NCBI RefSeq assembly: GCF_009914755.1
Contig: NC_060927.1
From: the human T2T-CHM13v2.0 reference genome, Homo sapiens
Reading direction: 5' to 3' (one strand)
Length of the DNA: 64,000 bases
Shown here: one piece after another, positions 17,166 through 43,527 of the stretch
Position numbering within the stretch: the first letter of the stretch is position 1
How the letters are laid out: the number at the start of each line of letters is the position of its first letter
Translations under genes and position numbers: made by a program
The notes under the pieces: model-generated
Database searches by the model: none
What the model was told of the DNA's origin: nothing
What the model saw: the letters and a program-made list of their open reading frames with translations, nothing else

Positions 17166-17698
17166 TTATTAATATAAAGATAAAAGGAATTTATTTGTAT
17201 TTGGATACCGGTTAAGGCAAGTAGTAAAAGCCTAATGTGTGGGAGTGAGTTTTAAGCATTGGCAGTTTGGCAAACATTTAGGGGGACTGGGTTGATTTTT
17301 CTCTAGTGTAACTGGCAAAGTGATGGACTTGGTGGCAGATTCATGTTTAAATCTCGGCTCTGCAACCTCCTAGCAGAGAGACCTTGATGGTTGACCTTGG
17401 ACCCTCATTTGAAAGATGGTAATACACCGGGTTCTTTAGAGGTACTATGTTAAGTCATGAGTAATAGTAATGACCCAGCACGGTGTAGAGATGTTGGCAT
17501 AATTAATCCTTACAACAACCCTTTAAGGCAGGTTCTATTAATATTATTATTCCCAGTTAAATATAAAATGATCAAAGATAAGCTTAGTTGAGAGAGTGGC
17601 CTTTGAAGCCAACCTGGGTTCAAGGTGCCACCTATGTGACCTTCTGCAAGTTACTTGACTCTCTTTGAGGAATAATGATCCTCTTATGGAGACATTCT

Positions 17699-18605
<907 letters not shown>

Positions 18606-18609
18606 TTGA

Positions 18610-18948
<339 letters not shown>

Positions 18949-19264
18949 TAATGAACATTTGTTTGCTGAGTTAGTATCCAGTTTGGAACTGACATACATT
19001 CCAAAAATAAATGTGCTAAGACACCATCTCAGCCCTCCAGTATCAGGCAGTCTCTTAGGGGAGACAGACACACATCACACTGGAGGGAAGTAAGCTTAGG
19101 AGATATACTTGAGTGCTCAGAGTTGGAGCAGCAGGCTAGGGGTAAAGGGGTAGTGTCGAGGAGGGGTGGCCAGGGAAGTTTTTTCAAAGGAACTGTCTCC
19201 AGAACTGAGTGTTGAAAGCTGAGTAGTCATTAGCTGAGTGAAGATAAGATGAAGTGCCTTCTAG

Positions 19265-19500
19265 GCCAGAAGTTGCAGAGTGGCAGCTTCCATTTGGTTG
19301 GCAGATGTGTTTTGATTACCCACAATTTAATTACTTGCCAACATTAAGAAACTGGAAATTTCACATAAAGATGATGATTTCTGGTTTCTCTTGAAAAAAT
19401 GGGAAGATCTGAAGACTCTGGGCCCACATTCCTGCCTGGCCACAATCGCTGGTCCTGTGTATGGGCTACTCTCTTTGAATGGGCCATCTCACTAGAGTCA
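19265..19500. mobile_element. hAT-Charlie remnant (MER102-like)
   Basis: 'gatttctggtttctcttgaaaaaatgggaagatctg...ctgggcccacattcc'. Confidence 0.5.
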
Positions 19501-19667
19501 AACCAGAAAACTGAGTTTTCCACTCCTCTTCGGTAGCAGGCCTAAGAGGCAAGGAAACAGCATGACATTTATTCCCACACCTGTTTGGTGTTGATCGGAT
19601 GTAAAGTTTCTGATGTCTACCATCCAAAAGGCAGAAAAAAAAGTGATTACAAATCATCACGAAATAC

Positions 19668-19989
<322 letters not shown>

Positions 19990-20074
19990 TCAATTGTTTT
20001 AAATGACAACAGAATAATCAGGAACATCAAGAAGAACTCTTCCCTTTTTTCAATTAATTTTTCAGCTCAGATGA

Positions 20075-20701
<627 letters not shown>

Positions 20702-20724
20702 TAAATTTGAAATTGGCATGCTTT

Positions 20725-21227
<503 letters not shown>

Positions 21228-21566
21228 CTACAGCGTTGGCTCAGCTCTAGCTACTTGGAAGGTCGTGGCAATGCTGTCTCAGAATGTCCGTTTCTAGAGT
21301 ACAGAGAAGAAATTCTAGCTTGACGTCCACGTGCATTTGTCTGTGTTTCAGAGGAAATTCCAATTCTAAACTCTTGGAAGAAACAATTTCTCGGCATGCT
21401 GAAGAGAATTGCTGTTTTTTGGCACCTGAAACACTTTTACCCAAGGGTTCTGATTATTTAAATAATTGGTATGCTATAAATATTCTGGTTGACAGAAATG
21501 TGGTTTAATGTAGATGAGTTGTAAAAACATGAGACAAACATGCTCCAGGCTAAAAATATCTGGATT

Positions 21567-21685
21567 AAAAAAGAAAAAGAAAAGAAGAGGTGGGAGAAGA
21601 GAGAGAGGAAGGGAGAAAGGAAGAAAAAAGGAAGGAAGGAAAGGAGGGAGGGAGGGAGGGAAGGAAGGGGAAAAGAGGGGAAAGC
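21567..21685 (+). repeat. Polypurine (GA/GGAA/GGGA) low-complexity tract
   Basis: About 120 nt almost entirely purine. Confidence 0.9.
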
Positions 21686-22833
21686 AGGCAGGCGAGCAAC
21701 TAGCTCCCTGATTTTATTCCATTGACTTATTTAACATTTTAATCAAGTTTCTTCCTTTGGAGTAGCAATTTAGTGAATATGGCACATTTTCAGATGTCTG
21801 GGTTCTTTTGGCTGACTGACTTACATAAAACTTTCAGTTACTGTGCACAATGTGTTGTTTCAGCATAGACCAAAACAATTTTTCATACAAGTATTTCTTT
21901 GAAAAAGAATTGCTGAAAAATATCCCAACTACCTAAACCCAATCTATACTTTTAACCGAGGACACTGAATTCTCTAGGCCCTAAGAGGAAATATCAGTGA
22001 AAACTGTAGCCTCTGTCTGCTTATAGTAATTCGTTGTAACAACACTTTTGGCCATCACACAAATGGATCATTGACTACAAATAAGGAACAGTGAAGACTT
22101 CCTGAACTTTTTTTTTCCTTTCTTAGTCATTTCATGTCTTAGAGCTAAAGTTTCTTTCTGTGAGATTTAAAACTAAAAATATATGAGTTACAAATTTAGC
22201 AACTGTAACTTTTTTGCTAAGACATAATATTTGGATGCAGCTCTTATCCTGGGGCAGATCACACACTTTGATACTTGAAGAAAATGAGTCAAGAACATGT
22301 TTTACATTGGGGAAACTTGGCAGTCGTTGGTTAACTAAAGAACTTTTGAAGCGAATCAGAATGTTGGCTTGCCTTTAGCTTTAAAAATGATTTTGTTTTA
22401 ACATATGTTAGCTGAAGCAAAAAATAATACAGTAGGAGCTATGCGTCTATCAGAGTGACTGACAGATTGAAATTCTCTAGAAAAATAGATTATTTTCCCT
22501 CAAAGAGAGTAAAGTTTTGGTTTTCAAAGTCAATCAGAAAACTAACAATTTGGGCAGAAGAGGAATCAGCTTCTCTTTTTGAGACAGTATATTTCTAATG
22601 ATTTTTATGGAGACTATAATAAGGATCAGGAAACAAAGCTTGATATGGACATGTTTTTAGCTAGCAGATTGAAAGGAAATAATGGCATGAAATAAAGTTT
22701 TTTTTTTTTTTAAATACTGACAGAGTTCTTATTTCTTTTATATTGTCTGGAATAAAATTGATAAATGAAAAAAATCTGTAACAGTTTGGTTCTCCAATAC
22801 TAGTCATTTTTTTTGGTTAAAACTTTGTCATAA

Positions 22834-23200
<367 letters not shown>

Positions 23201-23739
23201 TTATAGCAATCTTCTAAATACTGATGTATGCATATATGGTATTAAAATTAAATTTCAATGATAAAATTTTCTGATATGCAGGTGTCAATACAAAATTTGA
23301 AATGTGATAAGCACCATAGTTTATTTTAGCAATGCCGCTTCTAAGACTACAGAGGCAAATTACTTAAGAAGTCACTTAAGACATTTACATACGTAAATAT
23401 GTTAGCATTTTTGATAAGGTAAGGGAAAACTCCTTTGCGAATCTTGCCTGCCTCATAGTCTTAAATTGCTCTTTTTAAAAAAAGGTATTCATGGGCTCAA
23501 GTCAAAAATGATTTCATACGTGAAAGAAAGTTTCAAATGCAAACAACACTTTTTTATTCCTACACTAGGTGTGGAATCTCATCTGGATGTTCTCTGAAAC
23601 ACCTGGATAATTTTTGTGTCATTTCTATGGCAGCCTTCCTTAAATGTCCTGGGGATACCTTTGTCTTCTCTCGTCTCCCTGAGAGCACTATGCACTTTTT
23701 AGGAATGATACTGTTGCCCCTATTACGCAATGTTCTTGT

Positions 23740-24090
23740 CATGTCAAGACTCTAAGCTTTTTTTTGCCTACATGGAATCACCTCGCTAGAAAACCCTCTT
23801 TCTCTTTTCTCCATCTGGCTAACTCCAGGCTCAATTTAGGTGTCATGAACTGCTTTTCAGGGGAGCCCTCCCTGACCACCCCTCCCTGAGAGACGCCTGG
23901 ATGAGTACTCCCTCTCCGGTATTTTCGTAGCACCTGGGTCTACTTTGTGCACGTTCTGCACTTGTCTATCGTAATTCACTTTATTTTGATAAAGGCTGTC
24001 TTGTTCACGGTCATATTCACAGTGCCCCAAAAAGTGCCTGGCATTAGTAACACTCAATTAATATTAGTAAAATGAATAAATAAATGAAGG
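23740..24090 (+). mobile_element. L2 3' end
   Basis: 'gtgcctggcattagtaacactcaattaatattagtaaaatgaataaataaatgaa'. Confidence 0.75.
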
Positions 24091-24142
24091 GTCTAAAAAT
24101 CAAATTCTCAGATGATAGAGGTATACCAGAGCCATTGATTTA

Positions 24143-24574
<432 letters not shown>

Positions 24575-25195
24575 TTAAATCTATCTCTCCCTTTCATCTC
24601 CATTAAAGAGACTCCCTGGATCCATAATAGACAAGAATATAAAAGCATCATTCTCTTTCTCATCCCATACTGTTTACTCAGCAAGCCCAGCCCCTGCTTT
24701 TGCCTCAGCCCACATGTTCTCTATTAGTAAGAGTTAGGAGAGGCCAACCTCACCCAGCACAGTTTTCCCCCTTTCTTTTCTCCTCAGGGAGGCCTCAGCC
24801 AACTGCCACAACTCCTGAGTGAAAGGGATTGCCTGCTCTTCGGACATTCTGGGGGAGGGTGAAGACAAAGGTGAAGTCTCAGCCTCCAGTGTCTCTGAAA
24901 CTTAAATTGCCTCAAGTGCTTTCAAACCAGCAAGGAGCTCATTTAGAATTTGGGGATAAGCCATGGCCCTCATTTGGGGAAATTTAGAGGCACATTTGAA
25001 GGAGTAAACTCATGTACTATAACTGGACATAGGGCCAAATTCTGTCTTTGGAAAAGTCAGTGAAGCAGACACACCCTGTGCCCTCTAAGTGAATTAATGT
25101 ACTGTGTTCCATTTGAGAATCATTCTCTCTTCATCTTTAATTCCTGCCCTGAGGAGCCATCTGTACTTTGAGGGTATGTGCACAGGATCACTCAC

Positions 25196-25304
25196 TGAGG
25201 ACTGAGGACCTTCATGCTCAGCCCTCGAGATGAATAACCCTTTCATACACTGTGGGCTCCCTCTGATTTTCTGACTAAACCAGACCTTAGTGGGGCGTAG
25301 AAAT
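25196..25304 (-). other. Candidate internal exon (109 nt)
   Basis: Acceptor cctttttgctgttacag|, donor TCA|gtgagt, non-repeat sequence. Confidence 0.25.
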
Positions 25305-25653
25305 CTGTAACAGCAAAAAGGTTCACACAAATGTAAAAACAAAAAGCAATGGGTGATTTTCTTGTTGTTGTGGTAGTGGGGGTTGTTTTTTAACTCTAAA
25401 ATGGCATATATTAATCCAAAACACAATACTATTGTCCTCAGGATCTCATGATTACCTTTGACAAACGAAGAGTAAACATTCAAACTGTTTTAGGATTTTG
25501 GGGGTTGAGGAGAAGGGATTGGATTAATTCTTTCAGTGGTTGTGAAGTCCTAGAGTCTAGGAAGAATTAGTGAGGTAATGGTATATCTCCTTCTTTTCAA
25601 AGGCTAAGGCCAAATGTTTGATTTGAAAAAACAAAAAACAAAAACAAAACCTA

Positions 25654-25970
25654 GGCTGGGCGTGGTGGCTCATGCCTGAAATCCCAACACCTTGGGAGGC
25701 AGAGGCTGGATGATCACTTGAGGCCCTGAGTTCAAGAACATCCTGGGCAACATAGTGAAACCACATCTCTACAAAAAAATTACAAAATTAGCCTGGTGTA
25801 GTGGCATGCACCCATAGTCCTAGCTACTTGGGAGGCTGAGGCAAAAGGATCAGCCCAGGAGTTTGAGGTTGCAGTGAGACATAATTGGGCCCCTGCACTC
25901 CAGCCTGGGTGACAGAGAGAGACGCTGTATCAAAAACAAATACAGAAACAAACAAACAAAAAATAAAAAC
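25654..25970 (+). mobile_element. AluJ (template for 27384-27475)
   Basis: J-type dimer. Confidence 0.88.
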
Positions 25971-26124
25971 AATTAAATAGTTGGTTCTGGGAAGAGGCTT
26001 CCTACAAAAAGAAAAAAAAGAGGAAAAAAAAAAGTTAGAACCATGCTGTCCATCAATATGATTGGCAGTCCACTATACTAATCAATGGACTTATTTACAT
26101 TTGAATCTCTCTTCCTTTTTCCCC

Positions 26125-27235
<1,111 letters not shown>

Positions 27236-27383
27236 TGGAGAAATTTTTCAAGCCTACTTTTTTATTTCTGCCTGCCCTGCTTAGATGCTTTTTGTTTTTT
27301 CCTTCAGTATTTTTGCTAACAAAAGAGAATCCTTGTTGTGACCCTTCTGAATGTGAATAAAACCTCCCAGCTGCTGACTGTCA

Positions 27384-27540
27384 TGTAATCCCAGCACCTG
27401 GGGAGGCAGAGGCTGGATGATCACTTGAGGCCCTGAGTTCAAGAACATGAACATAGTGAAACCACATCCCTACAACCCCTGCTTCCCAGACTCAAGCGAT
27501 TCTCCAGCCTCAGCCTCTCGAGTGCTTGGGACTACAGGTG
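27384..27540. repeat. Composite locally templated duplication of two neighbouring Alu segments
   Basis: 27401-27448 is identical to 25694-25741; 27470-27540 matches 27011-27081; joined at ctacaa. Confidence 0.85.
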
Positions 27541-27784
27541 ACTCTATAGTAGGTGCACAGGAAAAGTTTGTTTATTAAATATGACTGATTATTTCCAGGG
27601 ACCTAATGAATTCATTCTTGCCTAACTGGCCCTATTCATCAGCTAAATCACATGAGATATGAAATTAAATGTACTTTAGAAAGTCCACCACACTATGAAA
27701 ATGTTAGTAAGTATGGCTTTAACAGTTACTCAGCACTAAGGATGAAGAAGCTAATGTAAAGGAGATGAAAGTTGCTGAACTCAC

Positions 27785-27849
27785 CTCTCTTTCTTGCCAG
27801 TACAGTTGTAAAGGATCAGCTCTGGAAAGCCATGGGACCCCAAACTATT
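27785..27849 (-). other. Candidate internal exon (65 nt)
   Basis: Acceptor gcttggttttcag|, donor GAG|gtgagt. Confidence 0.22.
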
Positions 27850-28966
27850 CTGAAAACCAAGCTTATGCATTTGGTTTCCACATTATATGTCACCTAAACC
27901 TACTCAAATTCTCTATTAAGGACTGAGAAAATAGCCCTTACTTTATGTACAATAAAATTTGGGGTTCTAAATTTCTAATTCTTGTCTTTTATTTAAGTTC
28001 CCACACAAAGCCTCACATCCAGTTTTTGCAGCACCTCCACTGTTTCAGCATATCCTTTTCAGATCATTCACCAGACAGCGTCCTACAGCTCTCATTCATA
28101 AAGTCCAATTATAAGACAAGAAATGTCAGGAATATACACTTTGAGAGTGGGAGGCAAACAGAACAGTACATTGTAACTTTGTAAGAACAGCCATGCATTT
28201 CCTCTGGGCTTGTTTTCAGTTCCTTTGTCAGCTGATTACATGGTCTTTTATAATTTCTCATGTACAGAATGAAGCTATTTGCTTGTGGATTATTTGAAAG
28301 ACACAGGCTTATGCAAAAGAAAAACGAAATCATCATGAGGTAGAATGATATTTCTGACTTGCTTTTTTTTCTTTTCTTTTTCTTTTTTAACACAATATGA
28401 CTACACAATTTAAAATTGTGGCTCTTTAGAGATATGAAACAAGTAAATATTCTGTTAATTCAATCTTAATGTATATGTAATGCTATATATGTATTTGTTT
28501 TTCATATAATTGCCTTTATCAATAATATTATTTATGTTTATATAAAGAAGAATGCTGTCTTACATTTTGTTTTCAAAGCACACAAATTTTCTAGGCACAC
28601 GCATTGTGCTGCTTAATTCCTACGTTTCCTTTAGTTGTTCAGGACAGTACTTTACAGTTTAGAAAGTGGTTTCATATACATTATGCTACTTAATTCTCAT
28701 AATACTCCCCCAATGTAAAACTAGTCAAAGTACTTTGGGCTTTAAATCTTGTCTGTGGCTTTATGCTTCTATCCAGCCCCGTAAGTTTCCTCTTTCCTCT
28801 GGTGTATATCCTTTACTTGCTTATCTTTAGAGACTTAGCTCATGGTCACCTCCTCTATGAAGCCTTTCCCCAATAAAATAAGTGACCTCCTCTCTCACTG
28901 TATCCCTTCACTGCTCTATAGATAATGCTTTTAAGGAAAGGTTTTTAAAAATCTAGTTATTTTTAA

Positions 28967-29303
<337 letters not shown>

Positions 29304-29497
29304 CAACAGCCCAACATAGCATATTCTTAGAAAATTACTATAATAATCTCTTAGGCTTGTGAGTCAATAATCACTCCAAAATAAAAAGTTAAAAACAAAC
29401 ATGTATGTCAAGCAAATATGTCAGCATATACAGATCTTCCAGATCACTTTAAAATACCATATATGAATAGTATTTCACACCATGAGTGTTGTATACC

Positions 29498-29690
29498 CAC
29501 ACTGTTCAGTAGAACTTTCTGTGATAATGGAAATGTTCCATATCTGTACTTTCCACTATGGTCATCACCAGCCTCAGGTGGCACTTGAAATGTGAATAGT
29601 ACAAATGAAGAACTAAATTTTTGATTTTATTGAATTTAAATTTAAATAGTCAAATGTGGCGTGGCTTGTGGTTACCATGTGGTACAGCAG
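29498..29690. mobile_element. MER3 (hAT-Charlie MITE)
   Basis: 'tagaactttctgtgataatggaaatgttccatatctg...gcacttgaaatgtg...gaagaactaaattttt'. Confidence 0.8.
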
Positions 29691-30008
29691 ATTTATGCTT
29701 TAATCTATTGATAGTCATTTAAATTGTTTCCAATCCCCTCCCCCGCTCCACACTCAGTACAAGCAAACTAAGTGTTATCTAGTAAAGTAAACCATGAGAA
29801 CAAAAAGGAATTTTTTATCCCTTCTTATATGTATTAACTCTCTAGAAGCCTGTATTCATTCTAATGCTGCCCCCTTTGAAGTTCTACATGAACTTACTGA
29901 ATCAGGTAGGTAAAAGGACATTTATAGTAAAGGTATTTCCTATATGAAAGAATGATTTAAAATGTGCAGCAAATAAAAATATTTTTCAAAAAAGGAAAAG
30001 ATGCAATA

Positions 30009-32415
<2,407 letters not shown>

Positions 32416-32499
32416 TGAAAAAAAGTTACTAAATAATATGCATAATATGGATCTTTTTTCATAAACATATGTGTGCATGTATAAATTTTTGTTTAGTGG

Positions 32500-32730
32500 T
32501 GAGTCAGTATAGCTGGCTGAGAACATAAACTTTTGAGTCAGACTGATCTGGGTTCGAATCTAGGCCCTGCCACATATCATCTACGTGATTTTGGATATAT
32601 CTCTAACCGTTCTGAATTTTGGTTTCCTCATTGCTAAAATTGGTTGATAAATTTACATCTGAGGGTTGATGTTTAAGTAATGTATGTAAAACAATTGGTG
32701 CATATGTAGTGCTTAATTATTGGTAGTTGT
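32500..32730 (+). mobile_element. MIR
   Basis: 'gagtcagactgatctgggttcgaatctaggccctgccac'. Confidence 0.75.
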
Positions 32731-33591
32731 TTTTCTAAGACGAGTATGAATGGGCATGGAAAGAAGAATGATATTTACCAATCGGTTGAAAGCGATTGTT
32801 TCTGGGTTGTAAAGTCATTGTTGAATTTGTGTTATTGTTTAATTAAATGGATCAATGACTTCTTAAATATGAAAAAAAAATCCATAAAAATTATGTGAAT
32901 ATAAAACTAAAAAAGTCAGCAAACCCTGTACGTTCTAATGTAGAAATATGCCAAGATACTACATTGCAGAGCAGTATAGTTAATGCAATCCTATTTGTGT
33001 TCAACAACCTTTTTTTGGTAAAGAAATATAAGGTTACCCTTGAGAAGTAACTCTGGATGATCTAGCAAGGAGCAGCAAAAAAAAATCTTTTTTCATTCAT
33101 GCTTTTTGATACTAAGTTTTTACTGTGATTTTCTCGTATTAAAATTTTTTTTTATTATTAAGTAAGTCCTGTAAGACCTGGAAAGAGAAAGATAAATAAG
33201 TTGCCTTTCACTTACTTCTATCTTTGCCCAATCTGAAGAAATATCGTTTTCAAAGGCATAAGGAGGATTCTGAAATTTCTTCAATATTGGCAAATTTCTA
33301 ATTCAGTTGAAGACTGTGACAATTCTGCCATTGTATGTAATTTCTTATTTTCTCAACTAAAATACTATCAATATTTATTGAACATTTATTAAGATAAAAG
33401 CAAGAAAGATGAGTAAGAATAATTTTATTAGAAAAGAGAGTTAATCTTTCACCATTTTATTATATTGAACAGCACTACAGAAAAATAAATATGGCACTCC
33501 ACTCATGTCTCTTTGGCCTCTTGTCATAATTGTCTACTTTTTTTCCCTCGATGTAACATTTTATACAAGCTCAAAGAACTTTAAAACACTA

Positions 33592-33986
<395 letters not shown>

Positions 33987-34156
33987 TTATCGGTGTGAAA
34001 TCACATCAGTATTTTTATACGTATACTATATTCCTTTATGCGTCATCTTTTTGTATAGTTTTACATTTTATAAACTGACTAGGATTTACATAACAAATCT
34101 CTTATTGCTAAACATGTAGATTGTTTCCAACTTTTTGTTATTATAAACACATTGTG

Positions 34157-34463
34157 GGCCAGGTGTGGTGGCTCACGCCTGTAATTCCAGGACTTTTGGA
34201 GGCCGAAGCGGGTGGATCACCTGAGGTCTGGAGTTCAAAACCAGCTGACCAACATGGTGAACCCCCATCTCTTCTAAAAATACAAAAAATTAGCCGGATG
34301 TGGTGGTGCATTCCTGTAATCCCAGCTACTCAGGAGGCTGAGCTAGGAGAATCACTTGAACCCAGGGGGTGGAGGTTGCAATGAGCCTAGATCACGTCAT
34401 TGCACTCCACCCTGGGCAAAAAGAGCAAAACTCTGTCTCCAAACAAACAAACAAACAAACAAA
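34157..34463 (+). mobile_element. AluS with TSD
   Basis: TSD aaacacattgtg; (AAAC)n tail. Confidence 0.9.
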
Positions 34464-35281
34464 CACATTGTGGTAAAGATCCTTATGGCTGGATATTTGC
34501 TCATCACTGTGACTATATCCTTGGGATAAATTCCTACAGGTGTAAATCCTGAGTCAAAGCGCAAACAAGAATTTAGGATTTTGATGTATTTCAATAATTG
34601 TTGAAAAGAATCAATAAATGATCACAAGCTTATAGTAAAGAGGAAACCTCTGGGGAGGAGGCATCTGCAGTTCAGGCTCAGTAGCTGGGTTGGTGGATGG
34701 GATAACTAGGGAAGTTCCTAAGACATTTTTGGGTTGGGAGAGTAAAGAGGGTGGAAGAATCTTCACACTCTTATGAATACAGTGTACTGACTTGCAAAGA
34801 AAGGAGAGCTAACCTTCTTATTACAGCCAGCTCCTGGTTCTGCTCTACAGTGTATCATGTAAAAGAATATTTAAAACCAGAAAAAGAGCAAGTCTTCTTT
34901 CAGCTTTTCTCCTGCAGTTGTGACTATTTGGAATCTACTCATCTTTCAAGCAGTAATTTAAATCTTAGCTTCTTCATAAAATATTATTTGGCCCTCAAGG
35001 ATTTGGGGGGTCTTTTTTCTCTTTATGCATAGCAGTTCTTGCCTTCTTTTCCACATTCAATAATCACTTTTGATTGGTCTATTTCTCCTTGCTATTACAC
35101 ACACACAAAAATCGTTTTCGAAAATACTATGTGCCAGGCACTATGCATTATTATTGCATGAATCTTCACAAATATCATATGAGGTGGTTATTATCATTCT
35201 CATTTTACAGATGGGGTACCAGAGTTGGGGTAGATTAAATAACTTGTCACTGTGGTATAAGGAGGAGGCCAACCTAGATTA

Positions 35282-35663
<382 letters not shown>

Positions 35664-35959
35664 TCACCCTCACTTCGGTTTAAATCTATTTTTCCTAAAA
35701 AGAGAGGGAAGGGCAAAATGGGAAGAATGTACAAAGGTGGAGGGAAAATGGAAAAGTGATAAAGAAGAAAGAATATAATTTAGAGGATTGCTGGGAAGGG
35801 TTCAGTGTTTCTGGCATAGAGGGTCCCAGATAAATTGGTAGGAGATGCAGTAGGGAAGGAAGGTTGGGACTGGAGTCTTAATGAATGCAGAAGTACATAG
35901 AAGAGCACTTGGAATACAGTGAAATTCAATAAAGGGAGTTAATCTTATAACATGTTGAA

Positions 35960-36102
35960 GGTTTATTTATTTATTTGTTTGTTTAAGACAAGGGGTCTTG
36001 CTGTGTTGCCCAGGTTGTTCTTTAACTCCTGGCTTCAAGTGATCTTCCTGCCTCAGACTCCCAGAGTATTGGGATTACAGGTGCAAGTCACTCTGCCTGG
36101 CC
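35960..36102 (-). mobile_element. FLAM
   Basis: Antisense single left monomer. Confidence 0.8.
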
Positions 36103-36289
36103 ATGTTGACAATACCTCTGTTTATTGTCTTCCCAGCTATACTGTGAGCCCTGTGAGGTCAGGGGTAGTTCTCCATCAAGTTCATCTTTATATCCCTAGG
36201 GGCCAGCAAAATGGCTACCATATGATAATGTTAAATACATCTCTGCTGAATAAGTGAAGTGAATTAATTAATAAGTGTTCTCTCAGGAG

Positions 36290-36535
36290 GCAGCATCGAC
36301 AAAAAAAAAAACAAAAAACCAGAATCTGATTTTAGAATCAGAGGACCTTGTTTCAAAACTTTTCCCTCCAGCTTACAGATGCGTGACTGAATAAGTTACA
36401 TAACCTCTTTGAATAGTTTACTCATATGATGATAATACTCACCTTAATGTGTTATTTTGAGAACTAAGTGAGATCATACTTTTGAATTGCTTAGCACATT
36501 ACCTGACAAATTATAGACATTCAACAAATGTGAGT
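36290..36535 (+). mobile_element. MIR
   Basis: 'gctttagcac'-type 3' end: 'ttgcttagcacattacctgacaaattatagacattcaacaaatgt'. Confidence 0.65.
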
Positions 36536-36685
36536 TTCTCATTGCCTCCTTCCCACCATCCAGTATTAAAATGTGCATTAGGAGAGTTTATGTCTAGATT
36601 GTAAGAGATAGCCTTCATTTCTAATATTCAGTCCTACTGTCAGACCATGGTTTTAAATTTAATATTTTTAAAAGATGACTACTAA

Positions 36686-37005
36686 GGCCAGGCATGGTGA
36701 CTTATGCCTGTAATCCCAGCACTTTGGGAAGCTGAGGCAGGAGAATCACTTGAGCTCAAGAGTTTGAGACCAGCCTGGGCAACATGGCAAAACCCCATCT
36801 CTAAGAAAAATTAAAAAAAAGAAAAGTTAGCTGGGTGTGGTGGCTCATGCTTGTAGTCCCAGCTACTTGTGGGGCTGAGGTAGGAGGATTGCCTGAGCCT
36901 GTGAGATCGAGGCTGCGGTGAGCCGAGATCACACCACTGCACTTCAGCCTAGGTGACAAAGTGACCCCCTGCCTCAAAATAAATAAATAAATAAATAAAT
37001 AATCA
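36686..37005 (+). mobile_element. AluJ
   Basis: J-type dimer; TSD-like aaaagatgactact / aaaagatgaccact. Confidence 0.9.
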
Positions 37006-37391
37006 AAATTAAAATTAAAAAGATGACCACTGTTTAAAGCATCTGTGATAAAGTGCCACATATTGGTACTCAATAAAAAGATGCTGAATAAGTAAATGAA
37101 TTGAATCAGGTTGAATATTCAGAATTTTATCAGATTATCTATAGTTTTCTAAGGATCCAAGATATGTAAACACTTCATTATTAGTTGATTGGGTTAGTAT
37201 TTAGTTGGTTTGAGATATCCATCAACATTTCTAAATTCCTTTTGTTTGGTTCCGTCAGCTCTAAACAAATTTATAATGACAAATTCAATTTCCTAGTTTT
37301 CTTGCTTTTAGAATAAGAGGGTGCTGGAATCAGGGAAAATGAATAATATCCATTTTAAAATAGTTTGCTGTCATCTGGCTTAAATATTAGA

Positions 37392-37682
37392 TTTTTTTTT
37401 TTTGAGATGGAGTCTTGCTCTATTGCCCAGTGGCACGATCTCAGCTGCAACCAGATCTGCAACCACCGCCTCCTGGGTTCAAGTGATTCCTTTGCCTTAG
37501 CCTCTTGAGTAGTTTGGATTACAGGTGCCTGCCACCTAGCCTAGCTAATTTTTGTATTTTTAGTAGAGACAGAGTTTTGCCATGTTGGCCAGGCTGGTTT
37601 CAAACTCCTGACCTCAGGTGATCCACCTGCCTTAGCCTCCCAAAATGCTGTGATTATAGGTGTGAGCCATTGCACCCGGCCT
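37392..37682 (-). mobile_element. AluS
   Basis: Antisense dimer. Confidence 0.88.
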
Positions 37683-37699
37683 AGATTTATTTTTTTTAA

Positions 37700-38424
37700 A
37701 AAAACAGTTTCATTGAAATAAAATTTACATACCATACAATTCACTCATTTTAATTATACATTTCAATGGTCTTCAGTATAATGACAGAGCTGGACAATTA
37801 TCACAATCTAATTTTAGAACTTTTCCTCATCTCCAAAAGAAACTGTTCCCATTAGTTGTCACTCTATCCCCCTCTAGCCTCCCAGGCCCAGGGAAACAGT
37901 AATCTACTCTCTGTCTGTATAGATTTGTCTATTCTGGATATCTCATGTAAATGAAAATTTACAGTACATATTTTTTTGTGACTGATTTCTTTCACTGAGC
38001 ATAATGGTTTCAAAGTTCATTCATGCAGTAGTATTTTTGGCTATTACAAATAATACTATAATGAATAATACTGCTATGAACATTCATGTACATGTTTTTA
38101 ATGGATGTATGTTTTCTTTTCTCTTTTTTTCTTTTTTGTTTTTTTGAGTGCAGTGGTGCAATCTTGGCACACTGCAACCTCCACCACCCGGGCTCAAATA
38201 ATCCTCCTACCTCAGCCTCCTGAGTAGCTGGGACTGCAGGCATGTGCACCACGCCCAGCTAATTTTTGTAGAGACAGGGTCTCACCATGCTGCCCAGGCT
38301 CGTCTTGAACTCCTGGACTCAAGTGATCCACCTGCCTTGGCCTCCCAAAGTGCTGGATTACACGCATGAACTACCGCGCCTAGCCCAGATGTATGTTTTC
38401 ATTTATCTTGGGTATATACCTAGT

Positions 38425-38425
<1 letters not shown>
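37700..38425 (-). mobile_element. L1MB-like 3' end containing an AluJ (38113-38385)
   Basis: 'ttgaaataaaatttacataccatacaattcactcatttt', 'aatctactctctgtctgtatagatttgtctattctgga'. Confidence 0.8.
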
Positions 38426-40760
<2,335 letters not shown>

Positions 40761-41064
40761 TACCTAAGCATTTAGTAGGTGATAAATAAACCTTCATTGA
40801 CAACATGAGACTCCATCTCAAAAAAAAAGTTGAAGAATTCAATGAAATTTCACTTATTGTATTTGCTTATGTCCCTTTAGTCTAAAACTGTCCCCTGCCT
40901 TTTCCTTTTTGTTGTGCTTATTCGTCTTAATGACACTTGGCTTTTTGAAGAGACTTAGCCTTGCTGAATCCCTCATATTCAGGATTTGTCTGTTTTCTCA
41001 TGATAATTGTACTTTGCTTCCTTATCACCTGTATTTCTTATAAACTGTTAGCTCTAAAGTTTGA

Positions 41065-41409
<345 letters not shown>

Positions 41410-41599
41410 TCATAGGTGATACGAAGTTCTTACTAAATGTCTACAGGAAGAACACAGAGTTTGTTGTTGTTTTAATTTTTTTTTTTTTTTAGAACACAGG
41501 ATTTTAAAAAATAAATAAGATTTTGCCTCAGCAACTTTAAGTTTGATCATTTGGATAAGTTTATAATTATCAGACTTTTCCATTCTAAGAAACTTTTGA

Positions 41600-43527
<1,928 letters not shown>

